Of a DNA stretch of 64,000 bases, positions 26,801-38,480 are shown one piece after another. The DNA is from Podarcis filfolensis (lineage: Eukaryota). Under the pieces are notes generated by a model. The model was not told the DNA's origin, did not search any database, and saw only the letters and a program-made list of their open reading frames with translations. Position 1 is the stretch's first letter. Every line of letters starts with the position of its first letter. The stretch lies in assembly GCA_964270895.1 (NCBI GenBank), contig OZ185449.1; one strand, given 5' to 3'. The translations under genes were made by a program, and so were the position numbers.

Positions 26801-29800
26801 CCTGAGTCTCTGACCATTTATGAACATACCAGATTGCAGTAGGCAGTTCATTGGGGTATTATTCCCTTTTTCTGGGAATAATGTAGAATGCAAAGCTGTA
26901 ATGGGTGTTTTCTGTGCAAATATCCTTTTAAAAAAATCACACAGTGACAGCAGTCAGTTAAATTATGCTGGACACCCAACTGCTAGGTGCTAGTATATAT
27001 GTAATTATATAAAGATGCCACTTATTTTACATTATTATACATTCTGTCATAGCTAGAATGTAGAAAAAACTGGTTTGATATCTAATTTGAATTTTGTAGA
27101 ATTTGTAATTGTGACAAAAGTATTCTAATTATAGATACTCTAACTAGTTTCCCATCTTATTGTAGATACTGTGTCAGACAATTTCACATTCTCCATCTTT
27201 CCCACTTCCCCTAAGCAACATAGACCTTGACATTTTGTTATAGTGAGAGTTCCTAGATGTTGGGTTAGGGGCCACCACCAGAAGACCACTGAAGTATTTT
27301 GTTACTGTCAGTAGACTTTGATCAGCTAGCAATATGAATGGTGCAAATTCAGGGAGCTTTCTGAATGTTTGCTATCCTGGTGAAAGTTTGGAACCATAGA
27401 TGACTCAGTAGTAGATGCTTATGTAAAATATTTGGAGCCTGTGAGCTATAAAGCAGTTTGCACCCAAACTATAGAGTGCTTTGCTTCTAAACAAAGGGCT
27501 ACAGGGGCCAGTCTTCAAATCATCCACTTTGGCATAGAGCTCTGCTTCTTAATGATAGAAATGTGCTAGCAGGTGCACATAGCTGGTAGAGAGGAAAGGT
27601 CACTCTGTACATGATCACAAGAGCTCTTTTCTTTACAGTTGCTTCATATATAGCTGAAGTTTAAATTGGATTCTTCTTCTAATAATAATATAGAAGATAA
27701 TCACTCATATCATATTCATCAAAGAGAGGGACTTAAGACAGTATTAACATATTATAAATCCCTAGACATTTGAGTGATTGTATTCCACATTGCTATATTG
27801 GACTAGTTCCTTGTACTGCTGGTCTTATTAGTATGAAAAATAGAATTGCTGCTTTCTTGCAAAAAAAAAATAAAGGAAAAAAAGGCACCTGGTTTGCTCT
27901 CCCTTGATGACTTGGATTTCATTAGTAAGTTTCTCCATCCACAATGGCAATTTGCCAAAAAATACTGTACCAGAGATATATGAATAGAGTTGTATTGTTC
28001 TACCACAGTTTTGTTATCACAAATCTAGCAGCAAGTAACATGAATCTAATAAAATTCTTAAATACAGTGCTCCCCCAGGCTCAAACAGTGAAAATAGCTG
28101 ACTAAGTTTTCTTAGCAACTGTTTGCCTAGTTGTGGTGTTGACCTCCTTAAGTACCTCATCCCATAATCTTACTACATGCAGACACTCCCAGCACAGATG
28201 AATATAAGTACCCTGTAAATAAGTGCTGAGTATTGTTTTGTTCTGCTGGAGCTCAAATTAGATATTTAAGGAATGAAAAATTATGTGAGGTACTTTTAAT
28301 GACTTTTTAAAATCATTTTCTCTCCCATTCTAACACAGCCTTTGTTGTCACCCTAATTCCATGTAGAATGGGTTCTTGTAAAAAAATTCAACAGGGGTTA
28401 ATCTCCCAGGTACTCATGCATTTCGCAATCCAGTGTGCATAAAAGCAGAAGGGCTCAAGAGCCAAATAAGATTTTTGCAAGACAAAGTTCTAGATGGAAC
28501 TTGCTGTAGAGTATGTGGAAACACTCCTCTTAAGACAGGAGAAAAATAATTATATGAGGCCACTTCATTGTGTTGGATATTGTAGGGAGCAGACAGATAG
28601 ATATTTTTTAATGTTAACTATCATAACAAGCATATTGTACTCCTCAAATGTGAAACATGGTCTGGCAGTTAATTATCCAAAATAAGTAACCCCCAAACAG
28701 ACACACACACTTTGTTACTGAACCCCTGTGTGGCAGAAGCAGTCCTGTTTTTCTGTGTAATTTAAACTATGCAGGTAAATGCAGCCCCCTTCATTTGGTT
28801 GAGAGCTCCTCCATCTCATTTCCTACTTGCTGAGGAGTGGTATAGATGCCCCAAAAGACAGGGATCATTGATTAATTCTGCAAGGGCATTGTTTTGAAAT
28901 GGTACCGAATGCCTTCAGAAACTTTAAAGGATTACGTATCCCAAACTTTGTATCCTTCCTCTTTGAGATTGCTGACAAAAGATGGCAGGCCCTATAACTG
29001 CCCCTGCAACCTTTGTTTGAGATAAGCAGGAAGTTATCAGCATTTTGTTAGAAATGTTAGAAAGCTAAACCCAAATGTTACATTTGTTCTTACTCCCCTT
29101 TAACGGTGGCCTCACTTTATTTTCTTTTAAGCCTATCCATGCTGAAAGATGTGTTAACATTTTCTGCTTTCTGTTTCATGTGTTAAGAACTTTGCAAAAT
29201 AAGAGCTTTCCAACACTGTTTGATCATATCTTGCTTGCTTCAGATTTCCCACTTGGCATCTATTGCAAAAGCTGTTGCGAGGACTATTCCCAGCTCTACT
29301 TAGCTTTGACTTTTTAAAAAATGAGTTTTCACTTAAACATGCAAACACTGTGATATTCTAGGAGCTGCTACTTAGAGGAACTTTCTGTATCTTTGGTCAG
29401 TGTGTCAAAGGAAAGTAAAGACCAGCTTCCTGGGTTGTAATACAATAGTCCTTTCAAATAAGTGACACAAAGTGTAGAGGATTTTGCTGTGCTATATTTA
29501 GGAAGGAAAAATTATTTTGCACATAAACAATCAATATTGTGATGGACTGGTTGTTGCTGATTTTACTTTAAGAAATGCTTAGAACTTTGGCACATCAACC
29601 AAATTAACGAACATTCATTTTTATATATTTTTTTAAAGTCTATGCATATCTAGTAACATTTCAATGTTTAGATGAATTCATTTTAATAAGAAAACCACAT
29701 TTTAAGATTTCTAACTCAAATTTATCAGCCTTATCAAAAATCTGGCATTGTTCTTCTAAATCAAGAGCACTTTTGAAATGACTTTGCAGCTAACACTGAA

Positions 29801-29842
29801 AATATAAATATATGTTAAATGTGTCACATCTCAAATTCTTAC

Positions 29843-30405
29843 CCTGTTTCCTTCTGGTTTCTCTCTTCAATCTTGAGACTTGCTTTAAAGATAACAATAA
29901 AACATTCACTGACTAGATCATCCAGAGAAATAGTGACATCACTGATTGCAGCAAAATAAATGCATTCATTCGCGATGAGGGTTATCTAGTTTCTGTTGCA
30001 TGAAAAGCTTCATGCATTTGGTACTGTGCCTGGACGGATAACATAAGAAGGCTATTGCAGTCCTGTTACTTCCTTATTGTTTAAATTCTTGTTCCTTTAA
30101 CTTGCTTGCTGAATCAAAGCCGTCGGTCCCCATGCTATGGACACTCAGGGACAATAGGCTGCAGCACCGACTTGCTTTTCAGGAGCTCTGCCTCTTTGCA
30201 TTTCAGTTTTGAAGCTTTCAATCCATCATTTCAAGCGAAGCTAAAACAGCCCTATTTGAACTTCAGCTTCTTTGTGGTGGATTTACATGCTGGAGGAGGG
30301 GGGGGGGAGATAATCAAGCATGCGGTAAGCAGACAAGTTCTGGTTGGATAAGCTCCGCTTCCCCCTCCCACAAGGGCAAGGGATCCACCAGCAAGAGACA
30401 CATTC
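29843..30405 (-). other. ANGPTL2: Predicted non-coding exon 1 (5' UTR) of ANGPTL2
   Basis: Strong donor CAGG|gtaaga after 29843. Minus-strand blocks GGATCCCTTGCCCTTGTGGGAGGGGGAAGCG...CCAACCAG and GCATGTAAATCCACCACAAAGAAGCTGAAGTTCAAATAGGGCTG resemble the human ANGPTL2 5' leader as I recall it (not aligned by tool). The 5' end is approximate. Confidence 0.7.
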
Positions 30406-30600
30406 AGGGCCTCCCCTTAACCACAAACAGTAGAGGGCTGGCTGAAGCCAAACTTTTACCCGGTGATGTCACAGCTCTCCACAGCTTGGAGAAATCTAAA
30501 TGTGCAGGAGACTGCCTCCCTGGACTTTGTCAGAGAGCAATGCTGAAAAGCTACAGACGGCTTTAGATATGAATGCTTCATACAGCTTTAGCCGCTTCTG
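30405..30600 (-). promoter_or_regulatory. ANGPTL2: Predicted ANGPTL2 proximal promoter with a CRE/ATF-like site
   Basis: Lies directly upstream of predicted exon 1; TGATGTCA (TGACATCA on the minus strand) at 30464-30471. Confidence 0.5.
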
Positions 30601-30676
30601 TTCAAGGCAGGGTGTAGTTCTCTGGGATTATGTAATAGATTTTTAACTAACCCCCCACCTAAAAATAAAAGTGGGT

Positions 30677-30703
30677 GGTGTGTGTGTATGTGTGTGTGTG
30701 TGT
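30677..30703. repeat. (GT)n microsatellite in the ANGPTL2 upstream region
   Basis: Direct tandem repeat. Confidence 0.9.
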
Positions 30704-30812
30704 GATCTGAATAACTGTGACTCATTCTTTATAATTGAGTGTAGAAATGAGATTAATGGCTAAGCATTCACTATTTTCATTGTAATAGGGCTGGATGTCT
30801 GTGCTTTCTCCC

Positions 30813-30966
30813 NNNNNNNNNNNNNNNNNNNNNNNNNNNNNNNNNNNNNNNNNNNNNNNNNNNNNNNNNNNNNNNNNNNNNNNNNNNNNNNNNNNNNNNN
30901 NNNNNNNNNNNNNNNNNNNNNNNNNNNNNNNNNNNNNNNNNNNNNNNNNNNNNNNNNNNNNNNNNN
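30813..30966. other. Assembly gap (154 N)
   Basis: Run of N. Confidence 1.
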
Positions 30967-31273
30967 CTGCATACCCACATGCCCTTCATTTTCCTGGAAG
31001 TGCAACATAATTATCCTTCAAATTTGCCCAGGGGGCTGTTTTTAACTATTCCTGCCCCTAGGGGAAGCAGTAGTCTCAAAACTTGAGAGAACCTGCTTAT
31101 TGGTCCAGGCCCAGGGGATGAGATTTACCTGTTACAACTATGTACAAGTTGCTACACAATTTCCGTAGAAAGAATTATTTCATTGCTTGCATGATAGACT
31201 ATATGTGTTTTAGGTTCTTATTCCATCCTAAGTGAGTGGTGCCCAGTGCAACCCACCCCCAGCTACGCTGTCT

Positions 31274-31390
31274 CACATGACCCAGAAAGCTGTCTGTGGA
31301 TAAACACTGGCTCCTCTGCCTGAAGTGAGATGAGTGCTACACCCCATAGTCGTCTTTTGCTAGACTTAACTGTCCAGGGGTCCTTTACCT
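31274..31390 (+). mobile_element. 5'-truncated Sauria SINE
   Basis: Matches the 3' third of 8332-8706 (CACATGACCCAGAAAGCT...CTTAACTGTCCAGGGGTCCTTTACCT). Confidence 0.8.
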
Positions 31391-33069
31391 ATTCATTGTG
31401 ACCCTATGTGAAGTCAGCTGGCTTTTAATGTACTTCAGATTGCATGTTAGTGGCTGCCTGCTTTGTCATGCAAATTCTGGGACCAATTTCAAACTGTTAA
31501 CTGATTTCCACACCTCGCACACTGACATTAACCTTAGGCATGGAACTATGTTAGCAATGCTTCTAAGTGCACATTTGTCATACTGAAAAAATGTACAGTT
31601 CTGGAAAATGTTTCCCTTATCTGTCTGTCTTTGAAAGGCACTTGGTTGAGAATAAGTGGGAAAGATTTACTGAAGAAAGTACCAAGCTTTTTGAATCCTT
31701 AGGTTGGTAGTTCAAACCTACTTTGCTGGATGATCAGTGTTCATCTGTAGCAGCAATACTTTGATTTGTATTGCTGTGATTACAGTGAAAATTTGTGGGC
31801 TATAGACTTCCAGTTTGCTGCAGATCGCATGCAACAACCTCTCTGGATGATGGTCCCTTTGCCCACCTGGCCCTCTTTTCAAACTCAACTTTAATTTATT
31901 TCATACTTACACTTACTAGACACCTTATTTTAAAAAAAATGTGTAGACATCATACAATACATTCTAAACATGACAATTATACAATAAAAATCAACAACAG
32001 GATAAAAGTGAGGTTAAGACTATCAATGGCTAATGACCACAATAGCTATGTTCTGCTTCCACTGTCAGAGGCAGTATACCTCTGAATACCAGTTGCTAAA
32101 ATTTGCAAGTGGGAAGAGTTGCTGTTGCACTCAGCTCCTATTTGTGGGCTCCTCATAAACATCAGGCTTGACCCCCGTGAGTATGGGATACCAGACTAGA
32201 TGGGCTGATGTGATTGTCCAGCAGGGCTCTGGATAAAACCCTGCACAAAACTTCCAATTAGAAAGCAGAGATAGGGAGATGGTTTGAGATGTTTTTCTTT
32301 TCTGTATATTTCCTTTCTGGGGAAACTCTTCTAAATCTCTCTCAGAATGGAAACCATATCTTTGGCATGAATATGTATGCTTCAGTCATATGTAAATTAC
32401 AGAATAATCTTAGATGCCATGATAATCTTTGATCAGTTGGCAATTGTTGTTATAGTTAAAATTCTTGACCCATGTGTTTAATTCGCATGAGTTCTCACTA
32501 TAGGTATATTAAGCAGCAGGCTAGCTGATGGTGACTAGAGGGCTTGAGAGGCGTTATTTCCCCATTCTTAAACTCCATAGCTCTTAAGCGCCTCTCGGCT
32601 TGTGAACAAGGAGAATCTTAAAGTGTACCTATGAAGAACTCCTGGCTGTATTCTGGTCAGACATTTCAATGTGGAAAAACAGTTCAAGGTAAGGGAACTG
32701 TACATTTTTCTAAAAAGGAAAGGATATTGGTGACCTTTCCAATGTTTATGATACTATCTGAGGAAATTTCATATTAGTAGAACTTGGCTGTACCTCAGTA
32801 GTTGCTTGCTACCGATGGTAAGTGATTTTGCAGGGTTCATTTGATTGATCACTATTCATCTTTGAAGAATTACAATTCACTGACAATTTGTGAAATTGCA
32901 AAACCTGCCACCCCATAAATCTCGTGCATTTGGGTTCATTTTGTTTGTATCTGAAGTCTAGGCTACAAAGCACAAATAATCCTGATGGAGCCAATACGTG
33001 GGCCTGTGGAGATTATATGTAGCCTTTCCAGATGAAATCTGTTAAGCCCCAGCATTGACTGCTTTTAAA

Positions 33070-33222
33070 AAGAAGATCCGGAAACCTGTAGCTTTCAGTT
33101 GTTTTTGGACTCCAGTTCCCTTCAGCCCCAGCCAGCTTGGTCATTGATACTGGTAGCAAAGATAGGTGATAGGAGCTGTAGACTGGCAACAATTGGAGGG
33201 TCATAGGTTCCTTATACCTGTG
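33070..33222. mobile_element. Palindromic hAT-type MITE (family of 1592-1722), degenerate
   Basis: GGAAACCTGTAGC...GGACTCCAGTTCCC...GGAGCTGTAGAC...GGAGGGTCATAGGTTCC. Confidence 0.55.
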
Positions 33223-33319
33223 GTTTTATGAATTGTTTGTTGCTTTTGCAGCTTGTTGAAATTTTTGGCTTGTCATTCAAATGATTATTATTCTCTCTGT
33301 GTATATATATATATAAATA

Positions 33320-33577
33320 CAGTCATGCCTCGGGTTGAATACGCTTCGAGTTGAGCGTGTTGGAGTTGCGCTCCATGGCAATCCCATGGGGTTATGGGGA
33401 GCGCGTTACTTCCGGGTTTCGCTGCTTGCACATGCGCAGACGCTCAAAATGACGTCATGCGCAGAAGCGGCAAAAAGTGACGTGCGCATGCCCAGACGTG
33501 CCCTCGCTAGTTACGATTGCTTCTAGATGCGAATGGGGCTCCGGAACGGATCCCCTTCATATCTAGAGGTACCACTG
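33320..33577. mobile_element. Tc1/mariner (Tigger/pogo-like) MITE, 258 bp
   Basis: TA TSDs; termini CAGTCATGCCTC / GAGGTACCACTG; same length and orientation as 12672-12929. Confidence 0.85.
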
Positions 33578-33946
33578 TACAAATCATTCCTTCTGAAACA
33601 GGTGTGGTGGTCTCAGGCCGCGGTGCATAATGCAGCCCTCAGGGCTTCTCTTTCTGGCCTTCAGGACTATCCCCAGACCAGACTCTTCACTGGTTCTGCT
33701 CTGACAGAGCAGCAGCCCTCAGGTGCAGTTGCCTGGATAGAATGTGTCCTTGAATTGTGGTGATGGGGCTTGCCTGGGTGGAGCGGGGTATGTGGAGATG
33801 CTTGTTTATAGAAAGCTCTGAATTCTTTGTGCCTGTAATGTAGACTATTATACAAAGTTGCATTGCATCTATTACTCTGCCCACTGAGTCATGCCCACCA
33901 CTATCATGCAGCTCTGGAAGGTTTCCCAGCCCTGCTGCAAAAAATA

Positions 33947-34558
33947 CAGGGTGATTCATAATGAGGCATACAGTTTAAACACACTATAAAAAAGAAGAAT
34001 GTAATATATCTTATGTTACCTGCAGGGGAATGTTTAAAGTTTTTTTTAGAAACAGTCACAGATGTTCTATGTGTGCACCCTTTGTCACATGGCACACATT
34101 GAACTGGTAATCCACGTCTACCCAAATGCAACTCACCCTACATGTTGATTTTCCCGGGCTTCATTGAATGGTGGTGCAAACACTATTGACAACTTCTTCT
34201 GATATACACGGTCGTCCAGGACTTCTAAGTTTGCACAAACAGCCCATAGTTTCAAATATTTTATGCCAATCGTAGATACATTTTCTGCTTGGAGGTTTTT
34301 TTTCCAAATTGCGATCTAAACTCCACAACAGTTACAGATTCCATTCAAGAAAACAAAATGCCTTCTCCATTGCAGACGCAGCCATTTTGCCTGACTTGTC
34401 ACATGACACATGCACTATCACCTGCATCATTTCCCTCAGTGGCGGAACACAAACTTTATTAGTACATCTGCCTCACGGTTCGCAGTTGTGGTCCATGTCA
34501 TTGCCTTTTAGTGTCTTACAGCATCTGGAAACTGTATACTTCATTTTGAATCATCCTG
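33947..34558 (-). mobile_element. Internally deleted Tc1/mariner transposon with transposase remnant
   Basis: TA-flanked 30-bp TIRs (26 of 30 identical: CAGGGTGATTCATAATGAGGCATACAGTTT). Frameshift-corrected minus-strand translation MAASAMEKAFCFLE..ESVTVV..FRSQFGKKPPSRKCIYDWHKIFETMGCLCKLRSPGRPCISEEVV joined to DYQFNVCHVTKGAHIEHL*. Confidence 0.85.
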
Positions 34559-36299
34559 TACTTACTGTGTTTCTCTAGTGTTCACAAATTACATTTGTAG
34601 TTCAGTAAAGAAGTTTAAAAAAATTAAAGCCATTTGTTAGAAGGAAACTACTGGTTTGTAATATATGAATGCAGTGAACTCATGGCTAGCTACTGTATGG
34701 CAGGAGTAGCCAACCTGGTGCTACAGTTATCATCCCACTGGCCATTCTGGCTGATGCTAATGAAAATCAGGGTCCACAACATCCGGAAGGCACCTTATTG
34801 AGCTGGCCAGTTTGTGTTGATAACTACAAACTGAATATTTGTGTGAAAGCCTTGCCTTATTTGTGCAGGACCTTGAATGTCAACTGTTTGGATGCCAGTC
34901 AGACCATTGAAATGCCAGGTTAACCTTTCCTGACCATGCTGTGACCCCTTGTTAATTGAAGCTGTTCGGTGATGGTTTTGCTGAATTAAACATCTATCCA
35001 AAATTAATCCAGTATCGGTTAAAGACAAAACAACAGCCCAGACTGCTCCTTTAAAGTGGCCCCAACAACCATAAGGAAAAATATGTCATTGTTAAAGTCT
35101 GACAAAATCAATATTAACAAATGGTTGACCCCAGAGTGTCAGTGTTCAGGGCAAACTTCATTAATATAAGAGCAGCCTGGAAGGTTCCAGCTGGCTTTTA
35201 CTAGCAGGACCAAATTCTTGGGACAGCTATATAATAGATGTAGCATATCTCATAAATGGAAAACTAAACGCCAATAAAAAATAACAACTATGCTTTCATG
35301 CAGCCTTTAATTCCCTTTCTCAAACCATTGTTTTCAGCACTTCCTGTTGATGAACAAGAACCATTATTGCTTAGACTCCAAAAGGTTCAAAGCTTAATTT
35401 ACTTGCCTCTGGGCTTAGGGAACAAGTGATTCATCAAACATGTGATTTATCTGAGACTGGGATTGTCTATAGGGTAGAATTTCTCAAGTGGATAAGCATG
35501 ATTGAGATTGTGTTCACAGCATCCTGATACAAATTTCCATTCAGAAAAGGAACACAAATTTGTAAACCATTTGTAAGAAGATGCTGTGCTATATGCGTAA
35601 CATTATCACATGTTATAGATCACAGGAATCTATGTTACAATATTTTGCTTGGTCTGTTTCTTTCAATTTCCTTATTGTTCAAGTTGCTGCTTCGAAGGAG
35701 AATTCTAAGCACAAAAGAAATTTTGCAATACTATTCTGTTTACTGTACTTCAAAAGTAATGAATCTGCAGTTATTACTAGCTGAAGTTAAGGTTTTATGT
35801 CTCCTTTAATAACGATAGTTGGCTAGTAGAACAAACTAGATGCTTCTCATGGAGAAAAAACCAAGAGGAATTGGGTTTTTATCTTTACAGCAGCTGACAA
35901 ATTAGCAGCTGACAAATGTGACTTTGCATTTTCCTGTTTATATGAGATATGCAGATTACACTATGATATAGTTCACCCAAACAAATGAAAGAAGCCAATG
36001 TTTAATTACAATGACTTGGACCCCAAATATCTGCAAGAGTGCATTCTCTCCTTTTACAGTCAGCAGAAAAGACTCTTCTTATAGTGTCATATCCTTTGGA
36101 ACGGAGAGGTGATGGCTTGCAAGAGAGCCTCCTCCATAATGACCCCAAACCTAGAATTCACTCCCATTCACCTGTGTCAGGGGCCAACTTTTTTTTAACC
36201 TTAGGCGGTCACCAAGGAAGCACCTTTTCTTCCTGGCCTTTGCCTTTTGGATTTAACTTCATATCCCTCTATATACTGAAAGCTGTCAGCTTCCAAACG

Positions 36300-36500
36300 G
36301 AAGAGTGAAAGGAGCACCACATCATCAGCAGACAGCAGACAATATATCTTTTTATTCTTAATTGTTGGGGCAGGAGATTGTACCTGTGTTAAGCATGGCA
36401 TCATGCCATTTATATAAAAGTTAAAGGGGGGCAGTATGCAGCCTTGTTTCACATCTTTTGATGTCTTGAATGCCTCCAACAGGCATCCCCTTACACCCAC
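36300..36500 (-). mobile_element. Non-LTR retrotransposon reverse-transcriptase fragment
   Basis: DVKQGCILPP.FNFYIN...CLLSADDVVLLS corresponds to the RT motifs GVxQG and YADD. Confidence 0.8.
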
Positions 36501-37261
36501 TCTAACTCCGGTTTCAGTGCCGCGATATAGTTCACGGAATAATAATAATAGTCTAAGGTCAGGTCTATATTAGCATTTGAGAATTTCTCCCACAGTTCTT
36601 TGAAGTTTAGCCTTGGTGAGAATTTACCATTAGCACTTGAAACCTAGAATGGCCTATATTCCCATACTTATATAACAGAAATATGTTTTCACATTCCCAT
36701 GAATTACCATTACATTATGTATTTAGCGGGAAAGTGTGCCTTACTGGGAAGGACTGGATATCCCCTGGTACACTATTAACTAAAATCATATAATGAGAAC
36801 AACCCATAGCCTAATCATTTATGTCAGTGGTTTTGTTTCTAAAGAGTGAAGCAGTGAACTTTTAACAGGAAAAAAGTATTGCATGCAGATGACAGTGTTG
36901 ACTGAAGAATGTTCTGCTGACGAGCTGCTTCGTGAACTATTTAGAGGAAAACCACAAAACAACTCTATCAGGGGAAGCTCCTTTCCTTTGTGAATTATTT
37001 GAAAGTCAAACCATTGTTCGTAAACTGAACTAGACCTTATTTCTTTTGCAATGATTAGGATATGTGACATCCTACCTCAGCGCTTGCTTTTCCCATTGTA
37101 TTTGCCAGAACTGATCCAAAACTCCTTAGACTTCATTTGGAAAAGGTCTTGTGTGTTCAGCCTGAAGGTGGGGGTGAGGGAAAGATGAATGCCTAGGTTG
37201 TATAAACATTCACTTTGATGCACAAAAGACGAAAGATGAAATGATAAAGGCATCAGTGACT

Positions 37262-37680
37262 CATTGGGGAAATCGATACAGGCCAAAACATAGAAATGAA
37301 GGCGTGGGAGAAACTATGGAAGACAACAATGAACTTCTTGGCTTGTTATACTATAAAGGAAAATATGCAAAAAAAAATAATGTATAGGTGGTACCTAACC
37401 CCAAGCAAGATTGTAAATATGTACAAAAATGGATCCAGAATGTGCTGGGGATGCCAAGAGACAGAGGGGACTTTCATGCACATGTAGTGGTTATGTAAGC
37501 AGGCCAAAGAAATTTGGGAAATTATATATGTAGAACTAAAATAGATGTTTAGGTGTACATTCCCCCCCCCCCAAAAAAAGAGGCCTTCTTACTAGGTGTA
37601 ATAAACAGTGACATCCCCAAGAAGATACTCTGTCTCTTCCTATACGTGATTACAGCAGCTAGATTAGTGCATGCATCAGA
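37262..37680 (+). mobile_element. L1 ORF2 C-terminal fragment
   Basis: KIMYRWYLTPSK...MCWGCQETEGTFMHM*WLC...W: Cys/His knuckle of L1-clade ORF2. Confidence 0.75.
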
Positions 37681-37943
37681 AACCAAGCTCGTGTATTAAT
37701 GCATGTGAACAATTGTTTAGCAGGGGAAGCCCAAATATTGTGGAATGCATTTGTCTTAACCAGAAAACTTATTTTAAGTAGAGACCCTATCATTTAAGTC
37801 AATTGTTTTAATGTTTGCTTTATACTCAGAGTTCTCTACCATTCAGTTCATTAAAGGGCTGATCCACACATTCGTTTGTCCCATGTTTTCTAGTATTTTG
37901 TGTCAATCTATTATCACCTTTCTGAGAAGTTGGGGGGGGGGGT

Positions 37944-38480
37944 TGTCGCGCTGCTTTCCCCAGGGAAACCCACAATTTAGTGCTGAATAGGAATTTTTTC
38001 CACTTGGCAAATTGGCACCAGCCATTTGGTGTTTTTTCCCCCACCTACCTCGTAGCAAATCATCACAACTTCCTCGGCATTGGCGGTTAGGCATTGGTAA
38101 GGGTATTGTTATGCAGATGAGTGGGGGGGGAGGAAGCGCCATCTCCTTCCCCCATATCGAAGGGTAGTCCGGTAAAGGATTCCGGGGGGGTGTTGCCCAG
38201 TCCGAAGCCTATGGAGGTGTGGGCCTAAGGCATGCCCCCGAGCAGTGACCCCGGGGGAGCTCCTAGTTGATGTGCCTCAGCAGGACTCCCCCTGCTGGTG
38301 GTTAACCCTTGCCGGTCTTCAAGCAATCAGGCTGAAGCCGGTTAGACGATAGGACCAATGCCTAAGCCAATACCGCTCAATTCCTGTAATCGATAAAGTT
38401 GTGGCCTATTTTTGCCCATTAACCTAAAATACTGGTCCTGTGTCTTTATTTCCGAGGGGGAGGCGGGAACTTGCCACGCA
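37944..38480 (+). mobile_element. Probable ERV-type solo LTR, CpG-rich
   Basis: TGT start, GC/CpG-rich body, GATAAAGTTGTGGCC poly(A)-like motif followed by a U5-like tail; no clear TSD. Confidence 0.5.

Noticed and set aside
30760-31010. ORFs spanning the N run
   Set aside because: Gap artefacts.
32545-32597. Short inverted repeat GAGAGGCG...CGCCTCTC
   Set aside because: An 11-12 bp stem with no other support; compatible with chance or a repeat remnant.
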